This document shows positions 18,471 through 28,976 of a stretch of 64,000 bases of DNA, in pieces. The stretch is taken from positions 82,852 through 146,851 of the forward strand of contig CAVZCV010000013.1 in assembly GCA_963773875.1 (NCBI GenBank), read 5' to 3'. Numbering within the stretch: the first letter of the stretch is position 1; every line of letters starts with the position of its first letter. The notes under the pieces were generated by a model that was not told the DNA's origin, did no database searches, and saw nothing but the letters and a program-made list of their open reading frames with translations. Made by a program: the position numbers and the translations under genes. Source of the stretch: Pirellulales bacterium. Lineage in GTDB: Bacteria > Planctomycetota > Planctomycetia > Pirellulales > JADZDJ01.

Positions 18471-19022
18471 TTACTTCGCCGCCGCAGCCGCGGCGGGCTC
18501 CTTGAACTCAGTCTTGCCATCCAATTTGAAGAGCAACTCTTGTTCTTTCTTGTCGGGCGTTTCAACCGTCACTTCCAGATGATCCGGCGTTTCCTTTTTG
18601 TCTTTGACCAAGTTCACTTCCATGACGATCGTGATTTTGCCCTTGGGAATTCTCGCCTCAACAGCGCCGTGCAAGGCCTGTGGATAGTTTTTCGGGTCAA
18701 CTTCCTTCTCGACTTCCAAGATCGTCCCGTCTTCTTTGATGTCGCTCTCGAATTTGCGGCCCTTTTGCGTCAGCTCGATGTCATACACGATATTCCCGGC
18801 TTCGGATTCCTTAACGGCGGTTGTGATTTCCAATCCTGAAAAGCGCGACTTCAGCGCGGCCAGTACCGCCTTGGGCAGATCCTCCGGCTTCACCTTCATT
18901 TCCGTCGGCACGGCTTTTTCGGTGGCTGCTTTTTGACCTGGTTCAGCCGCCGCGGTCAACCCAGTCCAGGCGGCAATTAGCAATCCCACTAAACTGATGC
19001 GTGCGATGCCGGCAATGTTCAT
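18471..19022 (-). CDS. PepSY-like periplasmic protein
   Basis: MNIAGIARISLVGLLIAAWTGLTAAA signal peptide (ATG 19022). Two LP.AV…/YD-type beta-rich halves (LPKAVLAALKSRFSGLEITTAVKESEAGNIVYDIEL). The family call is moderate. Confidence 0.7.
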   Translation of the reverse strand: MNIAGIARISLVGLLIAAWTGLTAAAEPGQKAATEKAVPTEMKVKPEDLPKAVLAALKSRFSGLEITTAVKESEAGNIVYDIELTQKGRKFESDIKEDGTILEVEKEVDPKNYPQALHGAVEARIPKGKITIVMEVNLVKDKKETPDHLEVTVETPDKKEQELLFKLDGKTEFKEPAAAAAAK

Positions 19023-19318
19023 TGTTAGTCCTCCCAAAAATTGCAAAAAGTGATCAAAAATCGCCGAGCCGCAACTGTTCAGAAGTCACAACTCAGGCGA
19101 AACGTGCTGCGATCCTACAATCTTGCCTGAAAACTGAGTGACGTTGTGATAAACAGTTCTTGATAAGTATTGTGCAAGCCTTCGCTAAAACTGAACTAAT
19201 TCAGGCCGTGACCGCCTGGCAGCTAGCCGTCGTGCGAACGTTTGTGCATTACCAGAACGCGTAATGCTGCGGCATTTGCGAGAGCTTCCACGATTTGATA
19301 GACTTTCATTTCGCGCTT

Positions 19319-19392
19319 GCACCCGTAGCTCAGCTGGATAGAGCATCGGTCTTCGGAACCGAGGGTCGGGGGTTCGAATCCCTCCGGGTGTA
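19319..19392 (+). tRNA. tRNA-Arg (anticodon TCG)
   Basis: Manual cloverleaf: acceptor gcacccg/cgggtgt, D-arm gctc-agctggata-gagc, anticodon stem tcggt/accga with loop cTTCGga, variable loop gggtc, T-arm ggggg-ttcgaat-ccctc, discriminator A. CCA is not encoded. Confidence 0.92.
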
Positions 19393-19474
19393 CCTAAACT
19401 GCGGTCTCGGTTGCCTTAAAAAGTGCGGCGTAATCAAGCGTCTGCCGCAAATGGCATCGTAACTTCGCATCTGA

Positions 19475-20230
19475 ATGGATATCTCGACTTCGCTCGCATC
19501 TGCCCGGGATGTTTTACCATTGCGCGTTCGATACCGCGCAGAGGCAAATTGCCAGATCACCAAAGATTCGATTCACAGCCGTGCTGGTTGGACCAGATCG
19601 TATTTGCTTTATATCGGTGATTGTGTCGCTGGGTTTGGGTCCGTCGCCGTGGCGGGACCGTGGACGGACAAACCCACAATTTTCGAGTTCTATGTTCTGC
19701 CAGAATGGCGCGGCCGCGCATTCGATCTTTTTGAAGCATTTGTTGCGGCGGGAGGCCCGCGCTTCTTCGAGGTGCAAACCAGCGACAGCCTATTGACGGT
19801 AATGCTTTTCGCATACGGCTTCGATTTTGTAACCGAGAGCGTCGTTTTTCGCGATGCGTTGACGACGTCGCTGCCAAGCCACCGCGCGACATTGAAGCGC
19901 GTAACTACGGCACAAGAATCGTTGCTGTGCATCGAGGCGCGCCGAGGGAGCAGCGAATGGCATATCGAATTAGAAGGGACCACGATCGGGACCGGTGGAC
20001 TGATGTTTCACTACAATCATCCGTATTGCGATGTGTACATGGAAATTGTCGAGACACATCGACGCCGCGGTCTCGGCGCTTACTTCGTGCAGGAATTGAA
20101 GCGAATCGCTTACGAATTGGGCGGGATTCCAGCAGCCCGTTGCAATCCAACAAACATCGCTTCGAGAAAGACCCTGCAGAAGGCGGGGTTCGTCCCGTTT
20201 GCACATATCGTGGATGGGAAGATTGTTTGA
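19475..20230 (+). CDS. GNAT-family N-acetyltransferase (tandem GNAT-like halves)
   Basis: 251 aa. C-terminal half has the acetyl-CoA motif …THRRRGLGAYFVQELKRIAYELGG…NIASRKTLQKAGF. Confidence 0.8.
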   Translation: MDISTSLASARDVLPLRVRYRAEANCQITKDSIHSRAGWTRSYLLYIGDCVAGFGSVAVAGPWTDKPTIFEFYVLPEWRGRAFDLFEAFVAAGGPRFFEVQTSDSLLTVMLFAYGFDFVTESVVFRDALTTSLPSHRATLKRVTTAQESLLCIEARRGSSEWHIELEGTTIGTGGLMFHYNHPYCDVYMEIVETHRRRGLGAYFVQELKRIAYELGGIPAARCNPTNIASRKTLQKAGFVPFAHIVDGKIV

Positions 20231-20357
20231 GGCCACCTGCGAATGACAGCTGCATAATAATATCTAACCTGCCCTATCAAATCTTATCAATCGCTATGCA
20301 AAATCGTTGGCCTTTGAATTACAATCAGCACCGCAGGGGACTAACTGCAGGTGTTCA

Positions 20358-20558
20358 ATGATTGATCCACCGATCACGGTGGAAGAGGCAAACAAGATTG
20401 TATTGGAACTGACGGCTGGCGAAGTCTGTGTACAAAAACTCGACCACGGCTTTCAACTTGTCCGCGATGGATATGATCGTCCGATCGAACTCTCGAGACT
20501 AAGTGAAAGTGCGCTGCACGAAGCCCTTCGCGGCTGGGATGTGTGGACCGATTTTTAA
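20358..20558 (+). CDS. small hypothetical protein (66 aa)
   Basis: ATG at 20358 within ORF 20307..20558 (MIDPPITVEEANKIVLELTAGE…). No homology recognised. Weak call. Confidence 0.3.
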   Translation: MIDPPITVEEANKIVLELTAGEVCVQKLDHGFQLVRDGYDRPIELSRLSESALHEALRGWDVWTDF

Positions 20559-20632
20559 TCCATCCCGCATCGCTAGGTTCGTTTGATATCTGTGCCGTGA
20601 GTTTGTGAAGGTGCCGAACGAAACAACTATTG

Positions 20633-21378
20633 CTAGCCACCGTTGGAAGACGGCGCGGAAGGCGTCGCAGAAGTTGACGATGCAGGTGAGTAGCGCACCC
20701 AATTGGAACCGTTGTAATACAGCCAATTGTTGCTAGTTGTCCAATACCACCACTGGCCGTTTTGATTTACCATCCGCCAATTGTATGCAGTGTTGGCTGC
20801 GGCGTTGGTGGTGCCCATTGATGGTTGGTTGATTTGAACGTTGGCGGAAGAGCCGCTGCTGTGGTTGGGCATCACAATCGTGCTGGCGCCCGGTGTGATG
20901 GTAGATTGTCCCGGCGCGTTTGCCGCGCCGGTTCGGCCGGGCGTGATGCCGGTAATGGCGCCTCTTGGGATGGTCGAAATGCCTTGCGACAAGTTCGGTT
21001 GAGCGATGCTGCTGCCGGGGAATGTCGACATCCCTTGCGACATATTCGGCTGAGCCAAATTGCTGCCGGGGAACGTCGACATGCCTCGCGACATATTTGG
21101 TTGCGCAATGCCAGTTCCAGGAGTGGTCGACATTCCCAGGGACGAATTCGCTTGGGCCATTCCGCTTCCCGGTGCAGTCGACATGCCTAGTGATGAGTTC
21201 GCTTGGGCCATACCGCTGCCAATTGCCGATCCGGAACTACCAGTGGCAGGCGTATTTTGAATGCGTAGATATCCGTTGCGTGGACCGCGGCCTGAGACGC
21301 CACCGCCACCTTGAGCCGTGCGCTAACCGTCCAGGCAATGCATGTTCCAATGGCAACAAGAGTGATGAGCACTTTCAT
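20633..21378 (-). CDS. secreted repeat protein (5 x 17-aa tandem repeats plus W/Y/N-rich C-terminal motif); frame break just after the signal peptide
   Basis: Signal peptide MKVLITLVAIGTCIAWTVSA (ATG 21378) is in one frame. The adjoining frame continues QGGGGVSGRGPRNGYLRIQNTPATGSSGSAIGSG then (MAQANSSLGMSTAPGSG)x5 variants and …NQNGQWWYWTTSNNWLYYNGSNWVRY. Junction ~21312-21326. Confidence 0.7.
20957..21211 (-). repeat. coding tandem repeat, 5 x 51 nt
   Basis: Units atggcccaagcgaactcatcactaggcatgtcgactgcaccgggaagcgga and four diverged copies, each encoding A-Q-(A/P)-N-x-S-x-G-(M/I)-S-T-x-P-(G/R)-x-x. Confidence 0.85.
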
Positions 21379-22082
21379 ATCAACCTCCCGATTTGAACCG
21401 CATTTGTGGCTTGGGTATTCGCAACGCCATGATGAACAAAGCAATCAAATCAATAAGGCCATCTTAACATAGACTCATTTGCCAAGACACACATCGAGCC
21501 AGCGAGCAATACGACTCGGGGTTGGAAACGTCGCACGGTTCGCCCCTTGCTGCTGCCTGCTGATTAACGTCGTCCCGGCAATCTTTGCGCTGGCGGAGCA
21601 TTCGGCGCCGGTGGCGATATCTTTCGCAAAGGCGTTTTTCGACGTGTAAACCTTGCCACGCGTTTTCACCTTATTTCAATTGCGACCGGCGCTTTGCATG
21701 CGTTGCACAAGGATTGTGCGGGTCGTACGCATGCTTGTGTCGGCAAAGTTTTTCACCAATTGTTTGACGCGCATTAAAACGTGTCCTATATTGGTCGTGG
21801 CCACGAATCTAGACCCAACTTCGTGGCAAGATATACACGATGGAACGACCCGCAATTTCTGCCTTCCTTAGTGCACCGGCTCGGTAATTGCATGAAGCGA
21901 TAGTCTGCAAGGTCGAGAAGCTGGCCAAAGAATCCCACACTGGCCAGCTGGAAGCGGTTGGACCGCTTTTTTCTCGTTGCTTCGCAGGACGCAGCAAGCA
22001 GTAACCTGCCCATCGACCGGGTGCACGCCGCGACGGTAAGGACGACTGTCGGTTAGGCGCAACCTACTGCAGGTACATCTTC

Positions 22083-23849
22083 ATGATGCGGCCAACTCGC
22101 GGCGCTGTCGCGCTTGTGTGCGGTGTTGTTCTTTCGTTACTTTCGACCGTCGCTTGGGCTCAAGCCCCGGTGCTGAATTCGGCTGCTGGCTCGCAAACGC
22201 CGGTAACGATTCCGAATATCGTTCCGTCACCCGTTGTCGCGCCTACTGCCATCGCCAGTGTGCTGGAACAAGGCCGCACCCTGGAACAACAACGCCGCTG
22301 GGCGGAAGCGTTCGCCCTGTATGAAGACACGGTGCGATTAAACTACGGCCAGCCGCATCCAGAATTGGAGCAACGGCTCGACCTGGCCAAGATGCACTTT
22401 GATATTAGCCGTCGCTATGCCGACAGCAGTTTCCGCCGCGATGCCAAATCGCTTTCCGATACCGATGCCCTCGAATTGTTCACCGATTCGGCCACGAAGC
22501 TGCAATCACACTATGTGCAAAACCCCGATTGGGCGCAGCTGATTGCCCGCGGGACGAACGATTTAGAGATTGCGCTGAATGAGCAAGCGTTTCAGGAAAA
22601 CAACATTGGCCCTGTGAATCCGGACCGCGTCGACCTCTACATGCGCGAGCTGCGAAAACAGCAAGCGCAACATCCTGTGCGATCGCTGAACGATGCCCGC
22701 ACGGCAATCTGGAATGCAGCGCAAATGGCTCAATTGCATTTGGCGATGAAACCGGCGGCCACGATGTTGGAATACACCGCCGGCATGCTGGGCGGATTAG
22801 ATGAATACAGCGCCTTTTTGACCAGTGGCCAGTTGAACGATTTGTATTCGCAGATCGAAGGCAACTTCGTCGGGCTGGGCGTCGAACTAAAAGCCGCCGA
22901 CGGGGCGCTGTTAATCGTCAATGTCATTCACAACAGCCCGGCGGAGCGAGCGGGTATTAAGCCTGGTGATAAGATCACCAGTGTTGGTGGCCGCACAACC
23001 TCCGATTTGAACACCGACAAAGCTGCTGAACTGTTGCAAGGCGTGGAAGGCTCCAGTGCCGATCTCGTCGTTGTTACTGGCGACGAAGCGCCGCGGCACC
23101 TCGTCGTACAGCGGCAGCATGTTGACGTACCAAGTGTCGACGATGTGAAAATAGTCGATACCGATGCTGGCATCGGCTATTTCAAACTGACCTGCTTTCA
23201 GAAAACGACCAGCCGCGATGTGGATACAGCACTGTGGCAACTGCAGCGCGACGGCATGCGATCACTCGTGATCGACTTGCGCGGCAACCCTGGCGGACTG
23301 CTGACCTCCGGCGTTGAAGTAGCCGACAAGTTCATCGATCAGGGCATGATTGTGAGCACCCGCGGCCGCAGCCCTGGCGAAGATTACAACTATACCGCAC
23401 ATGCCACGGGTACGTGGCGAGTGCCGCTCGTGGTGCTAATTGACGGCGACAGCGCCAGCGCGGCTGAGATTTTAGCGGGTGCGCTCCGCGACCATCATCG
23501 GGCCACGATTGTGGGCGTGCGCAGCTACGGCAAAGGCTCGGTGCAAGGCATCTTCCCGCTGTCGATTGGCGGCGCTGGGGTGCGATTGACAACGGCGAAG
23601 TTCTACTCGCCAAACGGTTCGGCCTTCAGCCACGTGGGCGTTTCCCCAGATCAAGGCTGGGAAGTTCACACGGCGGCCAAGCCGATCGATGGACGCGTGA
23701 CAATGCCCGTCAGCACCGGCAAGGCCGACGATACGTTTTTGAATGCCGCGATTCAGGCGGCGCGCAACAAGTTGCACAGCGGTAAGTGTGTGAATTCGAA
23801 TCAACCATTCCAAGCCCAGGAGTTGCAACTCCTGGGCTTGTTTTATTGA
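22083..23849 (+). CDS. S41-family C-terminal processing peptidase with PDZ domain
   Basis: Signal peptide MMRPTRGAVALVCGVVLSLLSTVAWAQA. PDZ region (GLGVELKAADGALLIVNVIHNSPAERAGIKPGDKITSVGG). Catalytic region LVIDLRGNPGGLL … LIDGDSASAAEILAGAL … GKGSVQ. Confidence 0.9.
   Translation: MMRPTRGAVALVCGVVLSLLSTVAWAQAPVLNSAAGSQTPVTIPNIVPSPVVAPTAIASVLEQGRTLEQQRRWAEAFALYEDTVRLNYGQPHPELEQRLDLAKMHFDISRRYADSSFRRDAKSLSDTDALELFTDSATKLQSHYVQNPDWAQLIARGTNDLEIALNEQAFQENNIGPVNPDRVDLYMRELRKQQAQHPVRSLNDARTAIWNAAQMAQLHLAMKPAATMLEYTAGMLGGLDEYSAFLTSGQLNDLYSQIEGNFVGLGVELKAADGALLIVNVIHNSPAERAGIKPGDKITSVGGRTTSDLNTDKAAELLQGVEGSSADLVVVTGDEAPRHLVVQRQHVDVPSVDDVKIVDTDAGIGYFKLTCFQKTTSRDVDTALWQLQRDGMRSLVIDLRGNPGGLLTSGVEVADKFIDQGMIVSTRGRSPGEDYNYTAHATGTWRVPLVVLIDGDSASAAEILAGALRDHHRATIVGVRSYGKGSVQGIFPLSIGGAGVRLTTAKFYSPNGSAFSHVGVSPDQGWEVHTAAKPIDGRVTMPVSTGKADDTFLNAAIQAARNKLHSGKCVNSNQPFQAQELQLLGLFY
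23812..23839. terminator. palindromic hairpin (bidirectional intrinsic terminator candidate), variant copy
   Basis: aagcccaggAgttgcaacTcctgggctt followed by gttttatt. Lies between the convergent S41 peptidase (+) and vWA gene (-). It differs from the 44060/55676 copies by a paired G>A / C>T change that keeps the stem. Confidence 0.7.
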
Positions 23850-23905
23850 AGAACGTTAATTTGTTGCAGCGTTGGCAACCGGCAATAAGCAAGGCGAGAG
23901 TCAAC

Positions 23906-26900
23906 TACTTCTTCCCTTCATCGCCGCGCTCTTCCCAAACTTTTTTCTTCGCTTTCAGAAGTCGGCTCGTGTAGTCCTCGCCTTCCTTCGGCGCCTCTTT
24001 TTCCGGGGCCATTCCAGACGGTGCTGCCGAAGGTCTTGACGTCGGCTTTCCGCCGGCGATTTCGCCCATGGTGCCGATGTCTGGTGCGGGCGCATCGGGC
24101 GCGGGCTCGAACCGGGCGCCGGCACGCCGCTCATCAATTTGCGCCGCAATGGCCGCCTTTCGGCTGCGCAGCGCTCAATGACTTCGACCTGCGGAGGCGC
24201 CGGAGCGCGCCGCAATATCTTATCGCGAGCTCGTGCCAAGAGCGGCGGTAGCCAATCGAAACTGACGTGCACGCGCCGGACAAATACATCGCCGAAGAAC
24301 AAACACGCGGCCGCCAGCATCAACAGATGCCAAATATCCTGGCTGCTCGTGGCCTTCGGCAAATCGCGCCGATAGGGATTGAACTGCAACAACATTCCCT
24401 GCAGGATTGCTTCCCACTTATTTTGTGACGGATCCGTCGGCACGTATTCAATCAGCTTACCCGGCTCCGTCTCGCCTTTGGCCTGTAAGCTCGCCAATCC
24501 ATGAAGCAGTCCTTGGTTCGGTTCGCGATCCACATACTCCGCGGAGTACGGCACGTTAACGCCGGAGAGAATCGGCGCCATACCGGCACCAGGACTCAGC
24601 ATCAAGAAATAGCTGCCCGATTGCGGCGAATCAAACTCGCCTACGTACCGGCCCGGCGCGGTCTGACGAATTTTCAAGTCGATCGGCTTCATATCTGGAC
24701 CGACCACGCTTCCGCTCATTGCGAGAAAATTCAGAAACTCGTCGTTTTTATCCAATGCGGTCACCGTGACTCGAACTTTGCCGTTCTCGAGATCGGTGGT
24801 GACCGTGAACTTGCCCTGATCGCCGCTCGGGCGCATCGACCAACGTGTAATTTGGCTGTAGAGCTTGTCGTAGTTCGACCAGTCGTTCCAATCGGCGGCC
24901 CAACGCTTGCCGGCATCGGTCGTCATTGCGACGGTCTTTCCCAGTCCATAACTCCAGCCGGCAAGAATCGTGCGGTTCGCTTCCGTCGAAGCCTTCGGGC
25001 CTTCCGGCGAAATCATCGCCACTTCCACGAGCGGGTTTTCTTTCTTGTTCGTTAGCACGTAGCCTTTGATGGGAGGCAGCGCGTCGATGCCCTTCAGCAT
25101 TTCGTGGGGGAACGTCACTTGCGGGCGGAAACCGTCTTTGTTCTCAAAAATGAGCGGCTGCGAAACCACCCGGGCTTCTTTTTGGAAAATTCGCGGCAGC
25201 GCATTTTGCGATTTTGGCTCGTAGAACTTTCCGCCGGTGGAGAGCGCAATTTGCTGCATCTTATTACGCTCAGTTTGACCATGGCCGCCGAAGAGACCTA
25301 TCGCCACGGTCGTGATTTTGATTTTCGCCTGCCGATATCCATTGATCAGCGCAGCCGTCGGGCGCCCGGATCGCCATCGCTAATCAGAATGACGTGCTTC
25401 ACCGCCACTTCGCCCGGCAAGTTGTTCATATCGTTCAAAATCTGGCGGAGCGAACTGTCGAAGCCGGGCATATCGCCTGGAACCATGCGGTCGATGCGGG
25501 CTTTCATACGGTTGCGATTCGCTTCATCGCCGATTTTCGCCACGCCGTTTCCGCCGGACGTCCACAGCCACTGATCGGTACCTTCCCAGTGAATTACGCC
25601 GCAGTAATCTTGTGCGCCCAGCGTGGCGAGCGCGGCATCGGCAATTTTCTTTTGCCAGTGATTGCCGTCCGCCATTTCCGAGGCGTGCATCAGCATGGCT
25701 AGCGCGCCGATGGGAACGACCTGTTTGTTCTTGATTTGAAAGTCGACCGGCATCGCTTCTTCCAAATCGGTTCCCGTCCATCCTCCGGCTCCAAAACTGT
25801 TGGGGCCGCCAAGCATTACAAGGCCGGAGCCCATTTGCTGTGTATTGCGGACAAGCATTTTGATTTGGGCTTCGCTGAAATCTTCGCGCGGCACATTGGC
25901 AAGAATGACGGTGTCGAACGGTTGCAGCTCTGCCAGCGAAGTGAACAGCTCATCGCTCGACTTCACCGTCACTTGCAGATTTTCTTTGCGCAGTGCATCG
26001 ACGAGATGATCGAATTCGCCCTTGTTTTCCGAGTCTTCGATCAAGAGCACCTGCCCCTGTCCGCGAACATGGGTAAAAGTGGTGGCGCGATTGTTCGCCG
26101 CCACCGGATCTTGTAACGGATCGTCCGGGATGAACCGTGCTTCATACGTATAAAAGTCGGGCGAATCGATTTCCTCGCGGAGTTTGAATACCCGCTTGCC
26201 GGGTTCCAGCGTGACCGGTTCGCGAGCCAGGACCTTTTCGGAATCGCCCGTTTTGCGTGTGACTTCAATCTGGCCTTTCACCGTGCCATCTGATTTATTT
26301 GTCGCGATCGCGTTGTTGTTCAGCACAACGCGCACATCGAACGGCTGACCGCGATTGACATCGGGCGGTATTTCAACGTGCTCCACAGCCACGTCGGCTT
26401 TTGCCTGATAACGAATGGGCACCACATCGATGCCCACTCCGGCTTCGGCCATCGAACGGGCCTGCTCCATCGCATTTCCGAGATTTTCGTTGCCATCGGT
26501 GACAATGACCACGCGCTTGGCGGCATCTTCCGGAAACGATGCCATGGCGAGTTTGAGCGCGCCGGCGATGTTGGTATGATCGGTCTCGATCCGCGTTTCC
26601 GGCGTGCGGGCAATTTGAATATCGTCATCAAACGGCGGATGTTCCAGCGCGGCATCCCGGCCAAACACAATCACCCCAGCGCGGTCTTCAACGTCTTTGT
26701 AACGATGCTTTTTGATATCGGCGTTGATCCAATCGACCATCGCCCGCCGCTGCTCTTCCGGAATGCTGACCGATTCATCGAGCACGTAGATGACGGTCAG
26801 CTTCTCGCTAGTTTTGACTAATCTGATTTCAGCGAGCGACAACACGATGAGCGTCAACACTGCAGTTCGCAGCGCCAGCACAAACCACCGCCGCCAGGGG

Positions 26901-27004
26901 CCAAGCCCTGAAATGCTGCGAAAACTCAGCCACCACAAGAGCGGAAGCCCCAGCAACAGTAGCAGCCAGGCCGGGGAATCGAAGGTGAGGCGCAGGCCAA
27001 ACAT
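23906..27004 (-). CDS. BatA-N / von Willebrand factor A / GATase1-like large membrane protein; two frame breaks
   Basis: ORF 25346..27004 (MFGLRLTFDSPAWLLLLLGLPLLWW… vWA: VIYVLDESVSIP…VIVTDGNEN; …VILISDGDPG) continues as …PTAALINGYRQAKIKITTVAIGLFGGHG in ORF 23955..25307. The last ~90 aa read properly only in a third frame (…ALRSRKAAIAAQIDERR…EDYTSRLLKAKKKVWEERGDEGKK*, stop 23906-23908). Confidence 0.85.
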
Positions 27005-27083
27005 AAATCCGAAGTTCGAAGTTCCAATGGTTTGAAGTTTATGGTTTTTCGTGCCTGTGATTTTCGAACCTCGAATTTGCGCT

Positions 27084-28070
27084 TTACATCCTTACCCGTT
27101 GCACTCGGTGGTTATAACTATCCAGCACATGCATTCGTCCCTGGCTGTCGCGCGCGATTGCCCAGGGATTGAATAGCTGGCCTTCTTCGCTGCCCGCGCT
27201 GCCCCAGGCGCCGAGCGACTTTCCATCGAGTGTGAATTTTTGCACGCGATGATTGCCGAATTCGCAGACGTAAATGTGGCCTTCGCCATCGAGCGCTAAG
27301 TTGTACGGATACGAAAGCTGTCCAAGAGCCGTGCCTTCCGTCCCCCAGATCGAAAGTAGATGGCCTTCGCTATCAAACAGTTGGATACGATGGTTACACG
27401 CGTCGGCAACCCAAATCCGATCTTGATCGTCGATCGCCATTCCCTGCGGGCGCGAAAACTGACTTGGCTCATCGCCGTGGCTGCCCCACTGCAAGATGAA
27501 CTTGCCATCGTGCGTAAATTTTTGCACGCGATCGAACTCGCCGTACTCGGAAACGTAATAATTGCCTTTTGAATCTTCGACGATGTCGGTCACGAGCCCG
27601 AACTCACCAGGTCCGTTGCCTTTTGTGCCGCCCAGCGTGCGATCGGAAAGTAAAACACCTTCTGGCGTATAAAAGAGCACGCGATAATAATGCGTGTCGG
27701 CCACGACCAGATTGCCGTCGCGATCGATCGACATGCCCGTGGGCCTGCCCTGCTCATGGGCTGGTGTCTGCCAGGAGCGGATGAAATTGCCGTCTGCATC
27801 GAACACTTGAATCCGGGCCGTCATGTCGACGATGTAAAGATGGTCGTTTTTGTCGATGGCCATTGCCCGTGGTTTTTGGAAGCGGCCGTCGGACAGTCCG
27901 CGGCGTCCCCAAACTAAATCGAGCGTGCCGATTGTCGATTTTTCCTTGTCGCAACCGCCGATGGCCAGGAGCGACACCGCAATTGCTGCGAGCGCACAAA
28001 CAGCGGCGCATTTGGGAATGCATGTGAAGCGGCGTGGTCGTGCGGAAATCAGCGATTCATTTCGCGACAT
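27084..28070 (-). CDS. NHL-repeat (6-bladed beta-propeller) lipoprotein
   Basis: ATG 28070: MSRNESL…ALAAIAVSLLAIGGC (lipobox). Six repeats of …G.F..P.G.A.D..G..YV.D..N.R.Q.F…. Confidence 0.85.
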   Translation of the reverse strand: MSRNESLISARPRRFTCIPKCAAVCALAAIAVSLLAIGGCDKEKSTIGTLDLVWGRRGLSDGRFQKPRAMAIDKNDHLYIVDMTARIQVFDADGNFIRSWQTPAHEQGRPTGMSIDRDGNLVVADTHYYRVLFYTPEGVLLSDRTLGGTKGNGPGEFGLVTDIVEDSKGNYYVSEYGEFDRVQKFTHDGKFILQWGSHGDEPSQFSRPQGMAIDDQDRIWVADACNHRIQLFDSEGHLLSIWGTEGTALGQLSYPYNLALDGEGHIYVCEFGNHRVQKFTLDGKSLGAWGSAGSEEGQLFNPWAIARDSQGRMHVLDSYNHRVQRVRM

Positions 28071-28217
28071 GGGTGCGATTGTAAAGCGCCGCCCGATGCG
28101 TGCCAACGAACGCCGCCGCAAAGGGTTTCCGGTGTTGCCACAACCCGCTTGGCGATTGTAAGCTACAGGCTGAATGGACTGCCACGGAAATGGGCCTGTG
28201 AGGGAAGGAGAAACGGA

Positions 28218-28964
28218 GTGTTTGTTGCCGCCTCGACCGATTGTTTTCCCGGCGTGCCGCTGGATGAGTCGCTCAGCCGCCTGGTGGATTTGGAATTTAA
28301 CCGGGTGGAAATCGGCATCCATGCCGATGGCCCGGGCCTGACGCCCGCCGAAGTTGCGGCGGATCCGGAACGAGCGATCAATCTATGCCGCAATACGCAG
28401 CGGCTAACGCCAATTGCTTACGCCGTTGATCCGGACCAGGGTGATCAATATTACGAACAATTCAGAGCCTGCTGCAAATTGGCCAAGGCCACGAAGGTTG
28501 TTGCAATCACCGTGCGCAGCGGCGAATTGGGGACACCGTTTAACGCCGAAATCGAACGGTTGCAAGAGCTGACTCGCATTGCCGCGGAAGATGGCGTGCT
28601 CGTGGGTGTGCTAACCCAAGAAGGGCGCATTTCCCAGGACCCAGACACGGCGGCTGTTCTCTGCCAACAGGTAAAGGGATTGGGACTGACGCTCGATCCA
28701 AGCCCATTCATCTGCGGCCCACACAAAGGCGGTAACTACGGAAATGTTTTCAAACACGTAGTGCATGTGCAGTTGCGCGATACATCGAAAGACAAACATC
28801 AAGTGCGCGTCGGCCAGGGTGAAATTGAATACAGCCGATTGATTACGCAACTCGCGATGGTCAAATACAACCGCGCGCTGTGCGTGCACATTACGCCAAT
28901 GGATGGCGTCGATCACGTGGGTGAGATGCGGAAGATGCGACTTCTGCTGGAAAGCCATCTGTGA
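28218..28964 (+). CDS. sugar phosphate isomerase/epimerase (xylose-isomerase-like TIM barrel)
   Basis: GTG 28218 preceded by aaggag (28205-28210). VFVAASTDCFPGVPLDESLSRLVDLEFNRVEIGIH… is typical of the AP endonuclease 2 / TIM-barrel family. Confidence 0.75.
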   Translation: MFVAASTDCFPGVPLDESLSRLVDLEFNRVEIGIHADGPGLTPAEVAADPERAINLCRNTQRLTPIAYAVDPDQGDQYYEQFRACCKLAKATKVVAITVRSGELGTPFNAEIERLQELTRIAAEDGVLVGVLTQEGRISQDPDTAAVLCQQVKGLGLTLDPSPFICGPHKGGNYGNVFKHVVHVQLRDTSKDKHQVRVGQGEIEYSRLITQLAMVKYNRALCVHITPMDGVDHVGEMRKMRLLLESHL

Positions 28965-28976
28965 TGAAATGCTTCG

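Noticed and set aside
19319-21444. tRNA-Arg as the integration site of a genomic island (GNAT, small ORF, repeat protein downstream)
   Set aside because: No integrase gene is present. I could not find a direct repeat of the tRNA 3' end downstream by eye. Evidence is insufficient.
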